Source of the DNA: Macrostomum hystrix
Lineage: Eukaryota > Animalia > Platyhelminthes
DNA: 64,000 nucleotides
Direction of reading: 5' to 3'
Assembly: GCA_950097015.1 (NCBI GenBank)
Contig: CATNEN010000001.1
Location: 12,214,001 to 12,278,000, forward strand
Shown: one piece after another, positions 26,088-37,439 of the stretch
How positions within the stretch are numbered: the stretch's first letter is position 1
Layout: every line of letters starts with the position of its first letter
The notes under the pieces: generated by a model
Seen by the model: only the letters and a program-made list of their open reading frames with translations
What the model was told of the DNA's origin: nothing
Databases searched by the model: none
Translations under genes and position numbers: made by a program

Positions 26088-26473
26088 CAAACCTGCAGAG
26101 TTGGTCCCTGCTGCTGCATGGCACCGCGGACTTGCCGGCCCACCAAGTGATGCCCATTGTGCCAAAGCCGCGCCGGGCCGCCTTTCAACACGGCGACGAC
26201 AGCATCGTTGGGCCCGGAGCCGATGAAGCATCGCTAACCGAAGTTGGCAGGGGCGGTGGGCGTAGAGAAGCGGCGGCTGCGGCTGCGGCGGCTGCGGCAG
26301 GCAGGGCGGGGGGCAATTATTACTATTACGGCCGCTACGGAGCCACTTTGGACGGCCCTAACAGAGACTTCGTTGCCTCCGGCGCTCTTGGCAGCTGCCA
26401 AAGTCCTTCGAGGACACTTTGGCTGGTGGCAGCGCTGTCGGTTGCAGCGTTGAGACTTCGAGGCTTATGCTGA
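26088..26473 (+). CDS. Furin-like convertase terminal exon
   Basis: tcacag|CA AAC; LQSWSLLLHGT ends the P domain, followed by a low-complexity linker, hydrophobic C-terminus and TGA; the 10 exons sum to 2031 nt (677 codons), in frame. Confidence 0.9.
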
Positions 26474-26719
26474 TTGTGCTCACCTGAAATCGGTTGTTGA
26501 CCTGCACTAAATAGAACATGCATTATTGTTCAGAATCGTAAAGAACATGCACGTTCTCTAGGATCTTTTAAGACAGTCACTTAACCTCCACTTTTATGAC
26601 GAAAAAGCGCGATAGAATTGCATGCCCTCAGATATTCTATGGTCGCTTTGGTGCTTAACATCAACAGAATTTTAGGTTCTTGGTTTAAGAAGAAGAACAA
26701 TGTGGCCAAATCCTCGAGG

Positions 26720-26950
26720 ACACAAAATGACCTAGCCTCAAAGACACAACGAGATCAAACCTGAGACATAACATAAACCGTGCTAAAAAACTTAATATGA
26801 CCCCGACTTGAATAAAATCACCAACCCACCCTCAAATGACACAACATGAACAATCCTCATAGACAACATGACCCAACCCTCATAGACACAACATGACCCA
26901 ACCCTCAAAGACACAACATGACCCAACCCTCAAAGACACAACATGACCCA
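26720..26950. repeat. 25-bp satellite (ACACAACATGACCCAACCCTCAAAG), short degenerate array
   Basis: Same family as 23418-23997 and 28447-29649. Confidence 0.8.
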
Positions 26951-26977
26951 GGGACTACTTAAACTACCTACCTTAAA

Positions 26978-27650
26978 GGTAGGGTGTACTGATAAGGGAC
27001 ACAGGAAGGGTGTACTGATTTGGGACACAGGAAGGGTGTACTGATAAGGGACACAGGAAGGGTGTATTGATAAGGGACACAGGAAGGGTGTACTGATAAG
27101 AGACAGAGGAAGGTGTACTGATAAGGGACACAGGAAGGGTGTACTGATAAGGGACACAGGAAGGATGTACTGATAAGGGACACAAGAAGGGTGTACTGAG
27201 AGACACAGGTAGGGTGTACTGAGAGACACAGGTAGGGTGTACTGAGAGACACAGGTAGGGTGTACTGAGAGACACAGGTAGGGTGTACTGAGAGACACAG
27301 GTAGGGTGTACTGAGAGACACAGGTAGGGTGTACTGAGAGACACAGGTAGGGTGTACTGAGAGACACAGGTAGGGTGTACTGAGAGACACAGGTAGGGTG
27401 TACTGAGAGACACAGGTAGGGTGTACTGAGAGACACAGGTAGGGTGTACTGAGAGACACAGGTAGGGTGTACTGAGAGACACAGGTAGGGTGTACTGAGA
27501 GACACAGGTAGGGTGTACTGAGAGACACAGGTAGGGTGTACTGAGAGACACAGGTAGGGTGTACTGAGAGACACAGGTAGGGTGTACTGCACAGGTAGGG
27601 TATACTGAGAGACACAGGTAGGGTGTACTGAGAGACACAGGTAGGGTGTG
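26978..27650. repeat. 26-bp then 23-bp minisatellite (GGGTGTACTGAGAGACACAGGTA)
   Basis: Direct observation. Confidence 0.93.
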
Positions 27651-28299
27651 CCTAATTCTGAGATCTGGACACATTTGAAGAAGTCGAGTGCCGGCTCCAT
27701 ATTCGAAATTCCGCTGAAACATGTTCGCGTGTTCCCATCTACTCCCGCCATCATGCAATATTCATAGCTTCTGTTTGCATCCTTGTCAAAGAAAATAAGG
27801 AAGGACAGAAGACTTCGACAGACAAGTCAAATTTCGCCGACCCCCACCTGGTGGGGGTTACAGATCAATTCTAGCTGTCACTAGGGTCAGATATGCTGTC
27901 ACTAAGGGGCACTTAACAGCATGCTCTGAAGCACGCAGCTGTTAAAATTGTTTGTAGTCTCTTTGTGCTCAGCTTCCCAGATGAAGGCTACTCACATCTG
28001 CAGCCGCGGCCCCCGCCTGCCGATGGCGCTAATTCAACGCTACCTGCGCTAGATTCAGCTGACATTGTACGCCGCCTCCTGCATCTTCGCCCTGGTGTCC
28101 TGCGTAACACTGAAGATCGCCTCCTACAGCCTCATGTGGGGCCTGCTCTATGGCTATCTGAGCAAAGCAAGGTAAGGGTGAGTATGATTGACGCTATTGA
28201 AGGCCTTAAATCTTTGAAGTCGATCTCTTTCTGTTTTAAGATTTTAAGCCAGTAAATTTACGAAGTACATGAAATGACTGATTTTCGCAATATGCAACA

Positions 28300-28395
28300 T
28301 CGAAAGGCAAACACGTGAAACATATGTACTTTTGTCTTTGATCTTTCAGAGTCATAACCAGCGTTGCAGCCATCAATGCTGCATTTTCGTGGCAT
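28300..28395 (-). mobile_element. THAP zinc-finger N-terminal remnant (DNA transposon relic)
   Basis: MPRKCSIDGCNAGYDSERSKTKVHMFH resembles the THAP start M-x3-C-x4-C...hF; truncated. Confidence 0.5.
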
Positions 28396-28446
28396 TAATG
28401 ATGAAGCTAGTTTAAGAAAATAAAATATTCTATAGAAAAGAAAAGG

Positions 28447-29649
28447 CACAACATGACCCAACCCTCAAAGACACAACATGATCCAACCATCAAAGACATA
28501 ACATGACCCAACCCTCAAAGACACAACATGACCCAACCCTCAAAGACACAACATGATCCAACCCTCAAAGACACAACATGACCCAACCCTCAAAGACACA
28601 ACATGACCCAACCCTCAAAGACACAACATGATCCAACCCTCAAAGACACAACATGACCCAACCCTCAAAGACACAACATGACCCAACCCTCAAAGACACA
28701 ACATGATCCAACCCTCAAAGACACAACATGACCCAACCCTCAAAGACACAACATGACCCAACCCTCAAAGACACAACATGACCCAACCCTCAAAGACACA
28801 ACATGATCCAACCCTCAAAGACACAACATGACCCAACCCTCAAAGACACAACATGATCCAACCATCAAAGACATAACATGACCCAACCATCAAAGACATA
28901 ACATGACCCAACCCTCAAAGACACAACATGACCCAACCCTCAAAGACACAACATGATCCAACCCTCAAAGACACAACATGATCCAACCCTCAAAGACACA
29001 ACATGACCCAACCCTCAAAGACACAACATGATCCAACCCTCAAAGACACAACATGACCCAACCCTCAAAGACACAACATGACCCAACCCTCAAAGACACA
29101 ACATGACCCAACCCTCAAAGACACAACATGATCCAACCCTCAAAGACACAACATGACCCAACCCTCAAAGACACAACATGATCCAACCCTCAAAGACACA
29201 ACATGACCCAACCCTCAAAGACACAACATGATCCAACCCTCAAAGACACAACATGACCCAACCCTCAAAGACACAACATGATCCAACCCTCAAAGACACA
29301 ACATGACCCAACCCTCAAAGACACAACATGATCCAACCCTCAACGACACAACATGACCCAACCCTCAAAGACACAACATGATCCAACCCTCAAAGACACA
29401 ACATGATCCAACCCTCAAAGACACAACATGACCCAACCCTCAAAGACACAAAATGACCCAACCCTCAAAGACACAACATGACCCAACCCTCAAAGACACA
29501 ACATGACCCAACCCTCAAAGACACAACATGACCCAACCCTCAAAGACACAACATGACCCAACCCTCAAAGACACAACATGATCCAACCCTCAAAGACACA
29601 ACATGATCCAACCCTCAAAGACACAACATGACCCAACCCTCAAAGACAG
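28447..29649. repeat. 25-bp satellite (ACACAACATGA[C/T]CCAACCCTCAAAG)
   Basis: About 48 copies. Confidence 0.96.
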
Positions 29650-30390
29650 CCCTCGATGCAGGATTAGAAGCACATGAGCAGCAAAGGTTATAGGAACATC
29701 ATTCGAAACGGAAGCAATATTCTTTCAGTGCTTTAACTCGAACACGCCTTGTAATACAGGCGCATCCAGACTTCTCACAAATGTCATTACTTTAGCCCGT
29801 CATTTCATGAATCATTGTTTTATTATAATTATCCATTTTCAATTGAGAGTTTTAGCTGCCTCATACCAACAATTTGCACCTCATTTTGTACATCGACTTT
29901 TAGTTGAGTCAGCTCATGCATTTTCTTACTTTATTTCTTCATTCATTGTCGATTTTTTAAGTAATGATAAAATTGTTTGTTTCAACATGTTTATTCATAC
30001 AAATTAAGTATTATGACACTTCTGCAATAAAATGTGACAATATGCACTTAGACATAGCACGTCATCAATAATATATATGCTGAAGTAAGAATTAAACTAC
30101 TTGAAAAACGGTACTAATAGTTTCTTCTTTGAACTTTTTACGCTCGTAATATTAAAGGGTGCCTTTGTCGAGACACAGCCTACTAGCAGTTACTGGTAAA
30201 TATATATAAGTGTAATAAAATGAATGTCCTAGCTGGGTCGGTGTCCTACCAATCGTTTCAATAGCAGCAGAAAAATCTGAAATTAAATAGCGTTAAGAGA
30301 CTGTGGTAGCGAGCGAAGCGGAATAGATAAGCGATCCTCCGGCCCGACGAAACTCCCAATGAAAAAGAATAACACAGTATGAACCTAGGA

Positions 30391-30695
30391 GAGGTTGTAG
30401 CCTAGTGGTTAAGGCGTCGGACTCACGACTTGAAGGTCGGGGGTTCGATTCCCGACTCCACAGGAACAATTTGCGTCCTTTAGCAAGACACTTAACTCTG
30501 CATTGCTTCAGTTCACCCAGCTGTTAAATGGGTACCAGCATCAGCTGGGATAATTGAAGGTGGGTGTGGCGTCCCCCCAGTCCGTGGACTGAACAGCTGT
30601 ACGCAGCCTTCAGATGCGCCGCGCATTAGCTGCGGCTGTGCTGTCGGCTGCACATCTGACCCAATTGGGGCAGGTGCAATCAAAACAATTTTACT
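30391..30695 (+). mobile_element. tRNA-derived SINE family A with CORE-like domain
   Basis: A-box TAGCCTAGTGGTTAAGG, B-box GGTTCGATTCC, imperfect cloverleaf 30391-30460; then GTCCTTTAGCAAGACACTTAAC...TCAGTTCACCCAGCTGTTAAATGGG similar to the MIR CORE; second copy at 5810-5975. Confidence 0.8.
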
Positions 30696-32213
30696 TAAAC
30701 TGGCCTAATCCGCGCCCTACTCTTCCCGAGAGGCTCCGGTTGTCTCTGCTTTCAGCGCTGCCCCGACAGATCCTATCGGTTGGCACTCCTTCTGCCTGAC
30801 GGCGGAGTCTCCGAAGAGAGCACGTACTGACTTCGACAACAAGCGCCTATCTAGACCACCCTTGTCAGCGGCGCACTCTCAAGACGCGTAGCGCCGAAAG
30901 CTACCTAACTGAACAAGCGGAGCGTGGTCGGGCGGGGAGGGACAAACAAAGTGGACTGGTTTGCACGTGCTTCTCACTGTGTGAGGCGAATTGCGGAGAA
31001 CTGCAAAAACACGCTTCCTTTTATAGAGTCATTTTAACCCCAAATTAGGTCGATCGGCGAGGTGGATGCCTGGCTGTAGCTTGAGCCAAGGCGACAAATC
31101 ACAGTAGACTCGCGACCGCCGTTCTGAGCCCCGGGGTCGCTTCTTGCCGAGGGCCGACAGGTAGTGAGGCCGGGTCGTTCGCTGATTGGCCGGGACTGTA
31201 GCCCAGGGGTAGCGCTCGCGGGGTGGTGCGCAAAAAACACGTGTCTAAAAATAAGTACTGAATAATAACACGGGGAGATAGAAGGGCAAACAAGCTGACA
31301 CTACATAGGGAATAATATTTAAATATCTTTTTCTACATTACTGTCTGGAATGCACATTGAACCAGAATTTAAACAGCCTTTTTTAATTACGCAGTAAAAT
31401 ATTCATATTTAACAGAATATGACTTTCTTAATGACAATTCGTTGCTTTCATTCATACTCGCAGTATGGCCATGCTATTTTCCCCACTGGGAAACATTTCC
31501 CACACTTTACGATGAACTTTCAAAGCCATCCTACGCCAGCCTCGACGCAAGGACAGCTAACCTTGCAGTGTATAAGCCTCTATAGCAAATCCATACTGGT
31601 TCAAGAATGTATACGAGCAAATCAGCAAAGTAGTGAGCAATAATAGCCGACAGAATGAAATTTTGTGAGTAGAAAATTTTTGCCTGTATTTTTCCAGCAG
31701 ACTATTGCGAGTAATTGATATTTCACCCCTGTCGATTAGGGTACATTCACTCAATGGAGGGGCTCTACCATAGACTAGATTCCTCCTCCTCAGAGAAGCG
31801 CCTTCTGCAGTCGAACCGAGAGTTCTATACTCATGTACTCTTATTGCCTTGCTAAGTGTCAGGTGACCTAGCTAAACGGCCTGGAGTACAGTTACAAGGT
31901 ACCATCTAAATAGTAACACGATTATGTTATATTGATGTTAGAATGAGTGCTAGTGCACTAGCAGCTAGGTGACCAATAAAAAGGTACCATTTAATAATAC
32001 AACAATAAGCTTAATCGAAAAAAAATAAGTCCAAAACATACCTTTTTTGAGGAAGCTATACATGCTGAAATCAAGACTGTCGAGACACATTAACACAAGA
32101 CAAGCTTCCTGGTAAGAAATCACTTTCTGTCGCAAAAATCTTCAGACTGTTTGATTTCAAAATTAACTGCGAGCACACGTAGAAAGTTGGACGATAAACT
32201 TTGCTGATTCGCA

Positions 32214-35200
32214 ATGGAGTCCATTAGGAGACTTAAAATTGCTGTCGAAAAGGGCAATTTAGAGCTCATTCGCTCCGAACTGAAAAAAATCCCAAGCGAC
32301 GCAGCGAGAGATGAGGCTTGCAAAGCGATGATGGAAGCCGCAGCAAGTAATGGCCAGTCGACAGTGGTGAGATTTCTACTAAAGACAATTGTTGACCAAA
32401 GTGTGAAAGATAAGTGCTGCCTAATAGCTGCGGAAAAAGCTGCGAGAAAAAACCTGTGGGAATGTTTCGAAATTGTGGTGAAAATGTGTTCTAACAAAAG
32501 CATAAGAGATCATTGCTATGTGAAGGCTATCGAAAAAGTTACTACAAAAGGAAGGGTAGAATGGCAAAAAATAGAGCTCATCTCGTGAAAAATATTTCCG
32601 AGCCAACTGTAAGAGATCAGTGCTGCATAAAGGCTGCGGAGGGAGCTGTAGGCAGGAACCAGAGGCGAAAGGCACAGACATTCATTGGTTTGTTGAAAAA
32701 CTTGAATTTGCTGTGGCAATTGCGAAACGCCCATGAGATAATGGCCTGCATTGCCGATGACGGTGACCACGCCTTTCTCACCAAAACGGTGTCTCGAATG
32801 CAGCCAGCTCAGATCACACAGCTGCTTTGCACCTCCATCGCTCGTGGACATGTTGAACTGGCTCTCACACTCCTCCATGACAAGCGATTCAGCAAAGAAT
32901 ATGTCGATCTGCCAGACGACAGCACAGGAGCCACTGCTCTCATGCTGGCAGCTGATGCAGGTCATCACGAGCTCATCGAGAGGCTGGTGGATCTCGGTGC
33001 GTCAGTGCGAGCTGAAGACAGTCAGGGTCGGACAGCTCTGTCGCGAGCTTGTGAGGCGGGTCACGTGCGAGCAGCCAAGACGCTGATGGACAGAGGAGCG
33101 GATGCGAGTCATCGGGACAGTTGGGGCCAGACGTGCGCGCAGGTGGCGGAGCAGCTGGGACATCAGCAGGTGCTGCGGCTGCTGGAGAACAGAACTTCGA
33201 AGTGAGTCCGTTCTCATTGGCAGTGTTGTGAAAGCCTTATGGCTTGCCCAAAGCGAACACTAAAACAACCAAACCAAATCTATATCTTACCCAACACATT
33301 AGTCTCTTTTCCATTACAAGCACTCTGCCGATCTAGTCATTGCAACTGTGACACTTCATTCTGATCCAGGATTTGGTTTGAGTTTTTCTTCTGAACTTTC
33401 AGTGCCTCTAGTGCTGAGGAGGCAGCCGGACTCTGCACCGACTCAGGTATCGCTGAGTGAGTTGCTGCTGATTCTGATTGAGAATTCCCCTCTGCTGATC
33501 AGCTTGAGATGCCAGTCTGTGCAGGTGTACAGTCCATCAGCTGACTGAATTCCCCATCATTCCAGGCTCAGAGACGACTCACAGCGGGACAGGCAGCTCA
33601 GTGAGGAACTGCACCGACTGCTCAGCGAGGCGGGATTCACTCAGGAGAGAGCGGAGTGTCAGCAGAGAATGGCTGACTGGCTGCAAGGAGTCGCTCGAAT
33701 CCTCAGTCAGTACTCAAATATGCGAATGACAGGCAGCTACGCAGAGGGCTGGGCCAACAGTCTGGTGCAAGTGAACGGCAGGACAGCGGCTGACTCAGAC
33801 ATTGACTGGACTGTGCTGCCGGTTCAAGGAAAGAAGCTGCATCTGGAGGGCGGTTGCAAAAGGCATGAAAAGGTCTCCAAAATTCTGCCAATCGAAGAGG
33901 GTCACGCAATTTTGGACCCGAAGTCGAAATGGAATGGAGGTGGTTTACAGTTGTTTACTGAATTTAAATAACTTTTTAATATAAGAAACTTAGTTACTTA
34001 GGCTGCTTACTAAAATTGGAGAGTATAAGATAATTAGGTGTTGCGAGCGTTAATTCGGAATGTTCCTTAAAAGTGACAATTTTATTAGGTGTCACAAGTT
34101 TAAAATGCGTTCATTTACCAGCTGTTGGTATTCTTAATTATAGAACTACATCATTTTTCATTTTTTTGAAATTACTTTTAATGCGAGTTAATAGCCCTAT
34201 ATTTTTAGTCTGGGGAGCCAAATTTGAAGTTAAATAAACCACGCGTTAACATTTAAAAAAGTTAAAAAAATATTTGCCTTATGTCGCCACAAATTTCAGG
34301 TAGCCAACCTGCCGTCTCATCCAAAGCATGCGGAGTGCGGCCTGCTCAGGACACGTGCCATGCGATTCGGAGCTGCAGTAGACTGTGTGTGGACAGGGTT
34401 GAGAAGCTGGTTGATGAAAACAAAAATGTCCACTACGTGCACCTCGTGAGGGCGACCAGACCGAATAAGACCAATGAGCTCAGAGTGAGCTTCAGCTTCC
34501 AAGAGAAAGAGGCCATGAGACGGCTGAGCACAGTCCAGGGACAACTGTTCTCAATCATCAAGTACATCTTCAAGAGACATTTGCCACTCACTCTGGACAC
34601 TCCTGGACTCAAGACCTACCATGCAAAGACTCTGCTCTTCTTCATGCTGGAGAAGCATGGCACACACCCAGATGCTGAAGCTTGGCAGCCTCAGAATCTG
34701 ATCTCACTGCTGAAGGAGTCTCTCGACATGATGCTGAGCTTCATCGACTCAAGCAGCTAACCCGATGAGTGCATGCCGCACTTCTTCATGCCCGACGCTC
34801 CGCTCTACTTCAAAAACGCTGGAATCGGCGGCGACTTCGACAACACGAAGGCGAGCGTTCGAGACCGACTGAGAGAGCTGAAAAGCGACATCGGCGGAGT
34901 GGTTGAGCAGATGAGGAGACTCGTGAGACCTCTGCAGTCAGAGAACTTCTACTTTCACCCGTTCACCCTGCTGCCACTGACAGCGCCGCTTGCTGTCACT
35001 CAGATTAGGCAAGAATCTGATTATAGTAGTTTTGAGATGCCAGCAGACATGTACAGTGTGGTGCACCATTGTGTTCGCGAGCTGCAGTCAGAGTCTGCAG
35101 ACAGAGACACCCTGATGAGGCAGCTCAGTCTCCTGCATCAGCTGCGGTGGTGCAAGTGCGCCGCCCTGTGCATGACCGCCATGGCGCATTTGAAGTTCGG

Positions 35201-35750
35201 AGACTCCGAGGAGGCTGAGAGACTCGCGATGGAGCTTCAGAGTCACAGAGTTCAGAGTGGAATGAGGCCTAGAGATATCGTAGCAGAGCTGTCTTCAGAC
35301 TCGGACTGGGCGTGGAGGTTCTGCCTCTCCGCCTCGATTCCCATTCCTTCCCGAGTTCACACAGACTCTGCTCACAGCCAGACTGTCACCTAGCCTCGCT
35401 CCTCGCACCTGTACGTGAACTTCCGCTGCCTGAGCTGGAGTCTACAAGCTGAGCTGCTCCGCAATCGCACAGCAATCGACTTCGCACAGCAATCGACTTC
35501 AGCCTGCGACAGATGGAGACCGTCAGGGACGAGAGACGCGTCGCCATGGAGACGCAGGACGAGGAGAAGATCCGCTGGGTCAGGAAGAAGCTGGAGCAAA
35601 TTCGACACGCAGCTGTAGGTGAGAGCGCGGCTGCATCCAGTCAGAGCTGAGTTCGGTCGGCTTGTTACCATGGAGACGATGGCGCAGCAGACAAACGGCT
35701 GGATCCGCGCAAAGCTGCAGCAGTTCGAGAAGTCGCTGGCGAAGCCCTAA
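32214..35750 (+). pseudogene. Ankyrin-repeat + Mab-21/cGAS-like nucleotidyltransferase (cGLR) + TPR-like gene, disrupted
   Basis: Exons ~32214-33201, 33566-33939, 34300-~35750 with phase-compatible GT-AG. ANK: GATALMLAADAGH, GRTALSRACEAGH. NTase: TGSYAEG...DSDID, QDTCHAI. Mab-21: LRVSFSFQEK, LKTYHAKTLLFFMLEK, CMPHFFMP. Lesions: frameshift ~32583, TAA 34758-34760, frameshifts after ~35325. Confidence 0.85.
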
Positions 35751-36477
35751 AGAGACACGGACGCGCTGTCGCATGGAGACAGAGAAGTTGCGGAAGTCTC
35801 CGCCTTTTGTGAGCATGCAAAGCTGTGTTCGCCTCCCACAGAGCGAAAGGTTGCTTGGCGATAATGTTAATTAATTTCTGGTTGGTTATCGACGAAAAGC
35901 AAAAAAATTATCCGTTTTAATCTAGCATTAGTTTTATTTTCTATCTTATCTTTTGCATCTATTGTTTTGTTTACGTTTCGCTTTGTTGATATAACTGCAC
36001 TTGGAAACACAGTCGCTGATAACTATTTCGCTATTCAACTGTTATTTTTTTGTAGTAAAATTTAGCTTTCTAACGGAAATGACAGCTTACTGACAGCAAC
36101 ATTAGCAGTAGCAGTAGCAATACTTAAAAAATTTGTGGAAAAATTTACGAAAATATTTTCAATGAATCGAGAAGCATCGATAGGCTCGTGGAATTTAGCG
36201 GGAAAAAACTTGGATAAAATGTGCCATTTCAGCCCAGGACTGAATCAACTCCCAATAACTCAAGCGTCTCTTCTCTTTGCTTTTTTTGCCTCGCTTTGGT
36301 AAATTTTTTGTTTGCTTTATGTAAATTCCACATCAAAGCGCTGGTTTGGCTGCTCAACTGAAATGATTCACAATATACTTGACCAATGCTCTAAACCAGT
36401 CAGGACTTTAACTCTGCACTCCAAATTCATTTTTTATCAAGACCACTTAAATCTTGAATTTATACTGAACAGTTTGG

Positions 36478-37392
36478 TCCTGAAGATACACTGAACACTT
36501 AGATCCTGAAGGTATTCTGAACACTTAGATCCTGAAGGTATTCTGAACACTTAGATCCTGAAGGTATACTGAACACTTAGATCCTGAAGGTATTCTGAAC
36601 ACTTAGATCCTGAAGGTATTCTGAACACTTAGATCCTGAAGGTATTCTGAACACTTAGATCCTGAAGGTATACTGAACACTTAGATCCTGAAGGTATTCT
36701 GAACACTTAGATCCTGAAGGTATTCTGAACACTTAGATCCTGAAGGTATTCTGAACACTTAGATCCTGAAGGTATTCTGAACACTTAGATCCTGAAGGGA
36801 TACTGAACACTTAGATCCTGAAGGTATACTGAACACTTAGATCCTGAAGGGATACTGAACACAGATCCTGAAGGTATACTGAACACTTAGATCCTGAAGG
36901 GATACTGAACACTTAGATCCTGAAGGTATACTGAACACTTAGATCCTGAAGGGATACTGAACACTTAGATCCTGAAGGTATACTAAACACTTAGATCCTG
37001 AAGGTATACTAAACACTTAGATCCTGAAGGTATTCTGAACACTTAGATCCTGAAGGTATACTAAACACTTAGATCCTGAAGGTATACTGAACACTTAGAT
37101 CCTGAAGGTATACTAAACACTTAGATCCTGAAGGTATACTAAACACTTAGATCCTGAAGGTATACTAAACACTTAGATCCTGAAGGTATACTGAACACTT
37201 AGATCCTGAAGGTATACTGAACACTTAGATTCTGAAGGTATACTAAACACTTGATCCTGAAGGTATACTAAACACTTAGATCCTGAAGGTATTCTGAACA
37301 CTTAGATCCTGAAGGTATACTAAACACTTAGATCCTGAAGGTATTCTGAACACTTAGATCCTGAAGGTATTCTGAACACTTAGATCCTGAAG
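36478..37392. repeat. 26-bp minisatellite (CTGAACACTTAGATCCTGAAGGTAT[T/A])
   Basis: About 35 copies. Confidence 0.95.
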
Positions 37393-37439
37393 TTATAAAA
37401 AACAATTAGATCCCTTGATTGGTGAGGTATGAAGAGTTA

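Noticed and set aside
30391-30460. tRNA-Val(CAC) gene
   Set aside because: Mismatched acceptor, anticodon and T stems, no poly-T terminator, continues into a SINE body, and a second copy exists
33403-33446. Possible 44-nt mini-exon in cGLR intron 1
   Set aside because: Inclusion would shift the frame; direct 33201-to-33566 splicing is already in phase
34758-34760. Programmed readthrough or reassigned TAA in the cGLR
   Set aside because: Additional frameshifts make pseudogenisation or error more parsimonious; nothing else in the window suggests a variant code
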